Part shown: in pieces, positions 27,222-35,015 of the stretch | Layout of the letters: each line of letters starts with the position of its first letter | How positions within the stretch are numbered: position 1 is the stretch's first letter | Assembly: GCA_963707915.1 (NCBI GenBank) | Contig: OY970178.1 | Span: forward strand, 1,696,001-1,760,000 | Length of the DNA: 64,000 nt | Origin: Candidatus Eiseniibacteriota bacterium | Lineage (GTDB): Bacteria > Eisenbacteria > RBG-16-71-46 | Direction of reading: 5' to 3' | Position numbers and translations under genes: made by a program | The notes under the pieces: generated by a model | Database searches by the model: none | The model's input: only the letters and a program-made list of their open reading frames with translations | What the model was told of the DNA's origin: nothing

Positions 27222-30026
27222 CTACGCGGCCGCGCGCCCGGCGGCGAAGCCGGGCGGACGGGAGTGGGAGACGGGACTCACTTCGTCCGTCACGGGGCTG
27301 ACTTCGGGTTCCGACGAGGGCGGTTCCGCGCCGCCTGCGGAGTCCGCCACGGCGGGCATCCACTGCGAGTCGTAGACGATCTTCTCGGGCGCGTGCACGA
27401 CGACGATCCAGTTGCTCAGCTCCGCCTCGTGGCGGCCCCGCCCGTGCCAGCGGTGGAATCCGAGGTCCGTTCCGGCGGATCCGAGCCACGCCATGACGGC
27501 CGGAGCGAGCGGGTGCTCGGCCGGAACGGTCAGGCGGTCGTACCGTCCGCAGGCCAGCAGGACGGCGCCCCGCGGGCCCAGGAACGGAGCCAGCCCGTGC
27601 AGCAGCGCGGGGACCTCGGCCGCCGGCACGTCGTCGGTGAGGACCAGCGCGACGCTGGCGCCGGGATGGATCTCCGCGCGGATGCCGCGCAGCGTCGCCG
27701 CGTCGCCCAGCCCGCCGCGGACCTCCGCGCGCGAGGACTCCGCGTCCCCGGCCACCGCGGCCGGGCCGGCCCCCGCGGGGCCCGCCAGGATGAGGCGGCG
27801 CAGCGCGCACGGCACCGCCGTGTCGGGGCGCTGCGGCGTGCGCTTCACCAGCGAGACGATCTCGGGCGCCGCCGGCCCGCAGAAGACGACCTGGTCGGGC
27901 GTCAGCCCGCCCAGCAGCGCGCCGAGCGCGGCCAGTTCGTCCCCGGTCAGCGCGGTATCGGCGTTCCCCGGAGCGCCGTAGGCGCCGAGCCGCCCCATGC
28001 CCACGGGATCGTCCCAGCGCTCGCGCAGCACCGACACCAGTCGCGGGTACACCTGCGCCATGACCCCCTGGGGCCAGTAGCACCCCGGCCCCTTGAACAG
28101 GGCCTGGATGCCATCGCGGCGCAGCCGGGTGCGGGTCTGCTCGTCGCACGCCAGGGCGCTGTTGATGCTGCCGAAGTAGTTCTCGTCGTGGTAGAGGAGC
28201 GCCAGCCGGTCGGCCTCGAGCTTGGTCGGGAGGTCCATCCAGCGGAACAGGATGGCCGGCGAGAAGCCGTCGATGTCGGCGACCAGTTCGCGCGACCAGC
28301 CCCGCTCGGCGGCCCGCGCGTGGAGCGGGAGCCAGAGGTCCTGGAAGGCGAGCACGCCATCGCGCAGGCGGCCCTTCGCCACCCGCTGCGCGGGCGTGTT
28401 GGGGTCGACCTCCAGCACCGGGCGGACCCGGCCGGAGCCGTCCCGCTCGTAGCCGCAGGTGCTCCCCACGCACGCGGTGGTGCACACCTCGACCAGGATG
28501 GCGTTGCGGTTCCACTCCGGCTCGAAGTAGGCGTGCGCCTCCTGGCCCTCGAGCGCCAGGCGGCCCGCGCGCTTCGTGCAGGCCAGGTAGCAGCCCACCG
28601 TCCGGACCTCGCGCCCGCCCTGCCGCAGGATGCGCGCGATGTTGCGCTGGATGCTGCCGCTCCAGCCCAGGTCCAGCACGCCGACGGCCGGGTCGTCCCC
28701 GGCCAGCGGGGCCAGGTACTCGAACGCCAGCTCCCGGCTCTCGCGGTGACGTGACTCGATGAGCTCGCGGATGCGCGGCAGCCGGAAGATCGCGCCGAGG
28801 AACTGCAGGGCTGCGTCGGTCGAGGGCAGCGGGGTGCGCCGCCGGGCCTCGTCCATGAACTCGGCCCCCTCCGTGCCGAGGCCGAGGATCTCGAGGATGC
28901 CCTGCGGGGAGAGCTGCGCGGCGCCCTCGAGCAGCCCGGTCGCACCCGGCAGGTCCACCGCGGGCAGGGCGGCCCGGGCCGTGGCCATGCGGGAGGCGTA
29001 GCAGGTCTCGACCTGCAGCGGGATCCCGCGCGCCGCGGCCGACCGCGCCACCAGCTCGCCGAGCAGCTCGCCTTCGCGCATCAGGGCCAGCACGCGCCGC
29101 ACCCCCGCCCGGGCGTAGGTCTCGACGCACCAGTCGGCGAAGCGCGACAGCACCGGGCCGAGCACGAACGCCCCGTCGCGGAACGGGTCGTGGTCGCCGT
29201 CGGCCTGGCGCGCGGCGAGCAGGCGCAGCGGCTCGAGCGAACCGGCGCGCGGCCGCACGGGGCCCGACAGCTTCCGCTCCCCGCTCAGCGCCGCGCCCAG
29301 CGCGGGCGTGCTGCGGCGGTAGTGGAGCGCGTCCAGGCCGAGCCGGCGCGCCTGGTGCACGTCGACTTCCAGGTTGTCCCCGACATGGAGCACCTCGCCC
29401 GGGCACGCCTCGAAGCGCTGGAGCAGCTCGTGGTAGAGCGTCCCCTGGTGCCACTTGGCCTTGCCCAGCTCGCAGGAGACCAGCACGTCGTCGAACAGCG
29501 CGGCCGGCACGCCCTGCTCGCCGAGCATCTGCAGCAGCTCGGCGGCGGAGAAGTAGGTGTCCGAGACGATGGCCGTGCGGCAGCCGAGCGCGCGCACGTG
29601 CTCGGCCAGCGACACCATGGCCGGGTTCACGAAGGAGAGTCCGCGCTCGATGGAGAACTCGACGGCCCGCGCTGCGGCCGGATCGGTGACGACGTCGCCC
29701 AGCCCGGCATAGATCTCGTCCAGCGTGACCTCGGGCACCCGGCCCGCGGCGAGGCGCGCGCCGCGCACCCGCTCGTCCGCGGCGATGCGCGCCGACCGGT
29801 ACTCCGGCGGGGTGAACGCGGCCCGCAGGAGTCCCCGCTCGGCGAGCTGGCGCCCGGTCTCGATGAACAGGTCCGATGGTTCCGCACACAGGCGGAACAG
29901 CAGCGTGTCGAAGAAGTCGAACGAGACGAGCCGGGGCAGGACCGCTCCCGGCGCCAGGCGGTCCGCGAGCGGCCGGAGGCACTCGTCCCGCATCCAGTCT
30001 GCTCCCGTGCGCTCAACGTTCGGCAT
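27222..30026 (-). CDS. HAD-superfamily hydrolase-like protein (934 aa)
   Basis: VSFDFFDTLLFR, IVSDTY, HVGDNLEVD, ALMREG, LDLGWSGSIQ, HDENYFG. Confidence 0.82.
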   Translation of the reverse strand: MPNVERTGADWMRDECLRPLADRLAPGAVLPRLVSFDFFDTLLFRLCAEPSDLFIETGRQLAERGLLRAAFTPPEYRSARIAADERVRGARLAAGRVPEVTLDEIYAGLGDVVTDPAAARAVEFSIERGLSFVNPAMVSLAEHVRALGCRTAIVSDTYFSAAELLQMLGEQGVPAALFDDVLVSCELGKAKWHQGTLYHELLQRFEACPGEVLHVGDNLEVDVHQARRLGLDALHYRRSTPALGAALSGERKLSGPVRPRAGSLEPLRLLAARQADGDHDPFRDGAFVLGPVLSRFADWCVETYARAGVRRVLALMREGELLGELVARSAAARGIPLQVETCYASRMATARAALPAVDLPGATGLLEGAAQLSPQGILEILGLGTEGAEFMDEARRRTPLPSTDAALQFLGAIFRLPRIRELIESRHRESRELAFEYLAPLAGDDPAVGVLDLGWSGSIQRNIARILRQGGREVRTVGCYLACTKRAGRLALEGQEAHAYFEPEWNRNAILVEVCTTACVGSTCGYERDGSGRVRPVLEVDPNTPAQRVAKGRLRDGVLAFQDLWLPLHARAAERGWSRELVADIDGFSPAILFRWMDLPTKLEADRLALLYHDENYFGSINSALACDEQTRTRLRRDGIQALFKGPGCYWPQGVMAQVYPRLVSVLRERWDDPVGMGRLGAYGAPGNADTALTGDELAALGALLGGLTPDQVVFCGPAAPEIVSLVKRTPQRPDTAVPCALRRLILAGPAGAGPAAVAGDAESSRAEVRGGLGDAATLRGIRAEIHPGASVALVLTDDVPAAEVPALLHGLAPFLGPRGAVLLACGRYDRLTVPAEHPLAPAVMAWLGSAGTDLGFHRWHGRGRHEAELSNWIVVVHAPEKIVYDSQWMPAVADSAGGAEPPSSEPEVSPVTDEVSPVSHSRPPGFAAGRAAA

Positions 30027-31749
30027 GGCCTGCCCCCTCGCTCCCGGAAGCCACGCGCGGGCCCGATGGCCCCGGTCCGCGGCGCGCGGCGATGACGTAC
30101 TGCAGGCCCACGTAGCCGTAGTGCGGCGCCGTGAACAGCGTGATCTCGACCTCCTGGAAACCGGCCGCGCGCAGCTCGTCGAGCAGGTCCCAGCCGAAGT
30201 CGTGGAGACGTTCCGCGGCGGGCCCGGGCTGCGGACCCGCCTTCCCGGCGCACGCGTCCGCGCCGCCGGCGTCGCCGCGCGAGAGCGTTTCGGTCCGTTC
30301 GAAGAAGAACGGGACGGTGAGCGCGAACCAGGCGCCCGGGCGCAGGCAGCGCGCGAACTCCCGCAGGGCGCGCCGGTAGTCGGGCACGCGCTCGAGGAGA
30401 TCGAGGGTGAGGATCGCGTCGAAGGCCCCGTCGGGGAACGTCAGCTGCGTGACGTCCTCGTTGCGGATCCCGCCGGGCGCGCGCCGCCCGAGCGGTACGC
30501 CCGCCCCCTGGTAGGCGGCGGTCACCGCGCGCGGGAAGAAGGTCCGGACCCGGTCGAACACCGGGCCGGGGTCGGTGCAGAAGACCACCGAGCCGGAGCC
30601 GAGCCCCGGCAACTGGGTGAGCAGGTGGACGCTCGAGCGATGCCGGGCGTTCAGGCCGCACCGGCAGACCTGGCGCTCGCGCCACACCGGCAGCCGCCGG
30701 CCGGCCGCGGCCGGTTCGGCGAAGCGGTAGTCGGTGGTGAACCGGCCCGGCTGGCCGCAGACCACGCAGAAGCCGGGCAACTGGAACTCCTTGCCCTCCG
30801 GCGGGGCCAGCGGTTCCTGCTCGCGCAGCCGGGTCGAGAGCCGCTGCGCGAACAGCCGGTCGAAGGCCGGCTTGCTCTCGACCGAGAAGACCTCGAGCAG
30901 GTGCGGTCCCCAGAGGTATCCCGCGGCGACCGCCGGGGTCTTCCGGTCCTCGTGCAGCTCGCGCAGGGCCATGCAGACCAGCTGGGTGCGGTTGCGCTCC
31001 ATCCGCTCGATCAGCGGGTTGCCGGCGAGCGGTCGGAGCAGCTCGGCGATCGCCGGGGCCCAGGCCGCGTCGCGCGAGTAGACGATCCCGAGACCGAAGA
31101 TCGCCGGGATCACCTCGAAGCAGAGCTCCGGGTGTCCCGCCATGAAGTCCTCGATCGCCGTCTTGACCCCGTTGCGCGGCCCGCCGGCCGCGACGGCGAT
31201 GCCGAACCCCGCCCCGTCGCCCCAGCCGCCCGGGACGAGCCCCGGCTGGTCGAAGCCCACTCCGCCATCATGGGAGTACGGCTGCCGCGCGTGCTCCGGG
31301 ATGCGGTCCGGGGCGTAGTACAGGTCGCGCCGGCCCCACGGCCACTCCACGTCGTGCTCGAAGACCAGCAGTGGCCGGCCCTCGCTCCGCTGGCGCGCGG
31401 CGATGAGCTCGAGCTCCTCGCGCACGGTGTGGTAGTTGTGATCGCCGTCGATGATGTGGGCGTCGATCCCGGCCAGCGTGCCCAGCGCCTCCAGGCTCGC
31501 CTGCTCGAGGAACCGGAAGTGCGGATCGTCGCGGTGCCGCGCGAAGAACTCCAGGGCGTGCGGCTGCGGGGCCGGGTCGATGGTGATGAGCTGCCCGCCG
31601 GTACGGCGCGCGTGGTCGCACAGCTCCTGCGTGAACGCCCCGTACTCGGCGCCGATCTCCGCGATGCGCCGCGCCCCGGCCCGGGCGAGCGCCTCGAGCA
31701 GGATCTCGCGGAAGCAGACGAGTGAGTAGAGGAACGGGGAATCCGTCAT
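30013..31749 (-). CDS. Two-domain class I SAM-dependent methyltransferase
   Basis: N-domain IAEIGAEYG..IIDGDHNY..FEHD..NGVKTAIEDF; C-domain FCVVCG..CRCGLNAR..EDVTQLTFPDGAFD..LRPG. Confidence 0.8.
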   Translation of the reverse strand: MTDSPFLYSLVCFREILLEALARAGARRIAEIGAEYGAFTQELCDHARRTGGQLITIDPAPQPHALEFFARHRDDPHFRFLEQASLEALGTLAGIDAHIIDGDHNYHTVREELELIAARQRSEGRPLLVFEHDVEWPWGRRDLYYAPDRIPEHARQPYSHDGGVGFDQPGLVPGGWGDGAGFGIAVAAGGPRNGVKTAIEDFMAGHPELCFEVIPAIFGLGIVYSRDAAWAPAIAELLRPLAGNPLIERMERNRTQLVCMALRELHEDRKTPAVAAGYLWGPHLLEVFSVESKPAFDRLFAQRLSTRLREQEPLAPPEGKEFQLPGFCVVCGQPGRFTTDYRFAEPAAAGRRLPVWRERQVCRCGLNARHRSSVHLLTQLPGLGSGSVVFCTDPGPVFDRVRTFFPRAVTAAYQGAGVPLGRRAPGGIRNEDVTQLTFPDGAFDAILTLDLLERVPDYRRALREFARCLRPGAWFALTVPFFFERTETLSRGDAGGADACAGKAGPQPGPAAERLHDFGWDLLDELRAAGFQEVEITLFTAPHYGYVGLQYVIAARRGPGPSGPRVASGSEGAGHAER

Positions 31750-31824
31750 CGTGCGGGTCTCCCTGGCGATCGCGCGCATGCCCTGCCGCGGCGTGGTCGT
31801 GCCTGCGGCCCGGTGCCCGGAAAC

Positions 31825-31839
31825 GCAACATCCGGGCCA
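31825..31839 (-). promoter_or_regulatory. sigma54 promoter of the methyltransferase-HAD-GT2 operon
   Basis: Minus strand TGGCCCGGATGTTGC (GG-N10-GC). Confidence 0.72.
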
Positions 31840-31997
31840 TGACGGACCGCAGGACGTGCCGCCCGCCTCGTGCCCGGGCCCGTTCGAATGCGGCAGGTGC
31901 TTCGCTGCGCGGCCGTTCGCACCGTCCGGCCGGGCACCCGGGTGCGCCGGACGCCGGTGGCCGCCCGGGCCAGCGCCCCGGAGGAGCGGGCTCGCCC

Positions 31998-32103
31998 CGG
32001 CAAGTCCTGCCGGAGGGTGGCGGCATCCCCGGCCGGTGCCGCGCCGATGGCGCCTCCCAAGTGACGGCCACCGCGCGGCTCGACGCCCTGTCACGTCTCT
32101 TGC
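31998..32103 (+). promoter_or_regulatory. Activator site CGGCAAGTCCTGCCG plus variant sigma54 promoter TGTCACGTCTCTTGC (32089-32103)
   Basis: The same blocks are conserved upstream of the paralog at 37405-37510. Confidence 0.6.
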
Positions 32104-32131
32104 TTGAGTCGGCTGCGGGAGGAACCCTGAC

Positions 32132-34870
32132 ATGAAGACTACGAGCCTGATCGTCGCGGGGACGCCGTTCTCTGGGGCCGCGCTGCTGGGGCACGTGCTG
32201 GGAGCGCATTCGCAGGCGTTCTTCGCCGGCGAGCTGTGGCGGCAGTGGGACGCCGCCGCGGGGCCGGGGGCGCGCGAGTGCCGCAGCTGCGCCGGGGAGT
32301 GCGCGACCTGGAACGCACCGGCGGTCACGGCGGCGGTGGCGGAGGGCCCGGCGGCGGTGGTGGCCGCGCTGGCGGCGACCACCGGGCGGCGGCTGGTGAT
32401 CGAGGGTCCGGCCTCGGCGAGCTGGCTGACGGCCCGGCTGGCCTACGGGGCGGCGAGCGGCGAGGACACGCGGGTGGTGGTGTGCGTGTGCGACCCGCTG
32501 CTCTACGTGCGCAAGCGCGCGGGGGTGACCGAGGAGTACGCGCGGCGGCGGGTGGCGGAGTGGCGCGAGCAGCAGGAGGCGCTGGTGAACGCCGGGCTGG
32601 CGTCGGGCCGTCCGCTGCTGGTGGTGCGCTACGAGGACCTGGTGGCGCAGCCGGAGGCGACGCTGGCACGGGTCTGCGCGTTCAGCGGGCTGGAGCTCGA
32701 AGCGGCACTCACCGAGTGGTGGGAGGCGCCGACCCACGCGATCGGGGCGAAGACGGAAGCCTGGGGGGTGGCCGAGCCGCTGCGCGCGAACCGGGGCGCG
32801 GCGCCGCCGGGCAACCCGAAGGAGAGCCGGGTGGAGACCATGCCGGCGCAGGACCGCGACCCGGGCGGCTCGCTGGGCCCGGAGATCGCGCGGGCGGTGA
32901 TCGTCGAGCTGCGGCCGAGCGGGCTGTACCAGCGGTTCGGCTACGCGCCGACGCTGCCACCCTGGCGCGCGCCGCGCGACGAGGGCGAGCGCGAGAAGAC
33001 GGCGGCCTGGGTGCGGGAGGACCTCCAGGGGGTGCGCGCGGCGGTGCTGGCCGGGCGCGCGGTGGAGGCGATCGACACGCTGCGGTTGCTGGTGGACCAC
33101 TTCGGCCCGGGGTTCGACGAGCTCGGGCTGGAGCTGCGCTACGCGAACCTGGCGAGCGTGCTGGTGGACCTGCTCAACCACCAGCAGCGCGGGGCGGAGG
33201 CGCTGCCCTACGCGCGGGCGCTGGCGGAGCACGTGCCGCAGGACGTCGAGGCGCAGCGGCTGCTGGCGGTGGCGGGGACCGGCGCCGGCGACGTGCCGGC
33301 GGCGCTGCAGGCGTACGGGCGGCTGGTGCGGATGAACGGCGCGGCCGGGGCGGTGGCGGAGACGCTGGCGCAGGACATCGCCGCCCTGCTGGTGAGCGCG
33401 GGGCGCGGCACGGCGGGCGTGCCGGCGTTCCTCGGCGCGCTGGCGGAGCACGCGGAGCTGGCGGCGGCGGTCGACACCACGCTGGCGGCGCGCCTGCAGG
33501 GCGGCGACCGCGCCGAGGGCGTCTACGCCGCCCTCGACGCCGTGCGCGAGGCCCGCGGACTGCCGCTTCCCCCCCACGCGCCCCCGGACTACCTCCTCAT
33601 CGCCCTGACGAACCGCTGCAACTACGGCTGCTTCTTCTGCTGCGCCGAGAACGCGCGGGCGGACCTGTCCCGGACGCACCTGCCCATCGAGCGGCTCCAC
33701 GCCCTGCGCCCCGCCATCGAGAGCGCCGGGGTCGTGGACCTGTCCAGCCCGGGCGAGGTGTTCCTCTACCCCCACGCCCGCGAGGCGATGGCGTTCGTCG
33801 CCGAGCACAACCGGAACCGCGGGTTCCAGATCACGACCAACGGCGCCCTGCTGACCGAGGACATGATCGGCCCGGTCGCCTCGCGGATCGATCAGATCAC
33901 GGTCTCGCTGAACGCGTCGACCCCCGGGACCTACGCGCGCGACATGCGTTCGAGGCACTGGGAGCGGGTCCTTTCGAACATCCGCGCCGCCCGGCGACTG
34001 GTGGCGCGTGAACGCATCACCCTCAGCTGCGTGACGCACGCCGGCAACGTCCACGAGCTTCCCGGCCTGGTGCGCCTGGCCGCGGAGCTCGACGTCTGGC
34101 ACGTCCGGATCGTTCCGATCCGCGTGACCAAGCCGGAGCTGATCCGCAGCAGCCTGTGGTTCTGCAAGGAGAAGTCACAGGACCTCATCGCGGAAGCCCA
34201 GCGGATCGGCAGGGAGCGCGGCGTCACCGTCAACAACCTCTACGAGGCCGTCCGGAACATGTCGTCCTCCACGGGAAGGCGATGCGTCATCCCGACCTGG
34301 GGCGCCTACATCTCGATGGACGGCAACGTGGCCGCCTGCTGCCACAGCAGCCAGGTCATGGGCAACGTCCACGAGGCCGGCGGATTCGAGGCGGTCTGGA
34401 ACGGCGACCGGTACCGGGAACTGAGGAAGCACCTCTACTTCCCCGAATGCCCCGAATGCCCCAACGTCCGCGGGAAGGACATGGAGCGGCTGGACAGCCA
34501 CCTCGATTGCCAGTTCGGCGACCGCGCGCCGCTGCCGCTGATCTCCGTGGCCGTGAAGACCCCGGCCAGCGCCAGGCAGTTGCGCTCCGCGGTCTCGTGC
34601 CTCAAGCACCAGACCTACCCGGTGTGGGAGGCCATCCTGGAGGTGGACGAGGACGGTGACCCGGCGATCCTCCAGGCGGCACGGGAGGAGGCGGAGGCCG
34701 ATCCCAGGATCCGGTGCGGTGTCGCGGGCGGCGGGACCGCTCGCCAACTCGTGGGCGCCCCGTCGGGCGCGATATCGACCTGCCGCATGGACCCGGCGCG
34801 CCAGTTCAAGCCCAACGAGCTGGAGGTGCACCTGCGAAGCTTCGACTGCTTCGCGGAGACCGCGGCCTGA
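32132..34870 (+). CDS. Sulfotransferase-like + TPR-like + radical SAM/SPASM + GT2-like remnant fusion protein
   Basis: VVRYEDLVAQPE sulfotransferase fold; LTNRCNYGCFFC (CxxxCxxC), ITTNG, C..DGNVAACC..CPEC; PLISVAV..QTYPVWE. Confidence 0.82.
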   Translation: MKTTSLIVAGTPFSGAALLGHVLGAHSQAFFAGELWRQWDAAAGPGARECRSCAGECATWNAPAVTAAVAEGPAAVVAALAATTGRRLVIEGPASASWLTARLAYGAASGEDTRVVVCVCDPLLYVRKRAGVTEEYARRRVAEWREQQEALVNAGLASGRPLLVVRYEDLVAQPEATLARVCAFSGLELEAALTEWWEAPTHAIGAKTEAWGVAEPLRANRGAAPPGNPKESRVETMPAQDRDPGGSLGPEIARAVIVELRPSGLYQRFGYAPTLPPWRAPRDEGEREKTAAWVREDLQGVRAAVLAGRAVEAIDTLRLLVDHFGPGFDELGLELRYANLASVLVDLLNHQQRGAEALPYARALAEHVPQDVEAQRLLAVAGTGAGDVPAALQAYGRLVRMNGAAGAVAETLAQDIAALLVSAGRGTAGVPAFLGALAEHAELAAAVDTTLAARLQGGDRAEGVYAALDAVREARGLPLPPHAPPDYLLIALTNRCNYGCFFCCAENARADLSRTHLPIERLHALRPAIESAGVVDLSSPGEVFLYPHAREAMAFVAEHNRNRGFQITTNGALLTEDMIGPVASRIDQITVSLNASTPGTYARDMRSRHWERVLSNIRAARRLVARERITLSCVTHAGNVHELPGLVRLAAELDVWHVRIVPIRVTKPELIRSSLWFCKEKSQDLIAEAQRIGRERGVTVNNLYEAVRNMSSSTGRRCVIPTWGAYISMDGNVAACCHSSQVMGNVHEAGGFEAVWNGDRYRELRKHLYFPECPECPNVRGKDMERLDSHLDCQFGDRAPLPLISVAVKTPASARQLRSAVSCLKHQTYPVWEAILEVDEDGDPAILQAAREEAEADPRIRCGVAGGGTARQLVGAPSGAISTCRMDPARQFKPNELEVHLRSFDCFAETAA
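32141..33565 (+). repeat. Left arm of a 1425-bp near-identical inverted repeat (partner 35934-37358)
   Basis: The translations are identical over about 475 aa except one V/A change; a few silent differences are visible by eye. Confidence 0.96.
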
Positions 34871-34969
34871 CGCAGGGGCCGCGCCCCGGGGAACACCCCG
34901 CGTCGTCAGCCGGCCGAAGGCGGTGATCCGGTTCGCGCAGACTGCGGCCCGACGCAGGGGCCGCGCCCC
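34850..34969. repeat. 38-bp direct repeat (34850-34887 and 34932-34969, 35/38 identical)
   Basis: TTCGCGGAGACCGCGGCCTGACGCAGGGGCCGCGCCCC versus TTCGCGCAGACTGCGGCCCGACGCAGGGGCCGCGCCCC. Confidence 0.88.
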
Positions 34970-35015
34970 ATGGGCGGGCCAGGGGCGTCGTCTCCTGATC
35001 CTCGAAAGCCGGTGA

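Noticed and set aside
34850..34969. Possible mini CRISPR array (two 38-bp repeats, 44-bp spacer)
   Set aside because: Only two imperfect units, one overlapping a coding 3' end; no leader and no cas genes.
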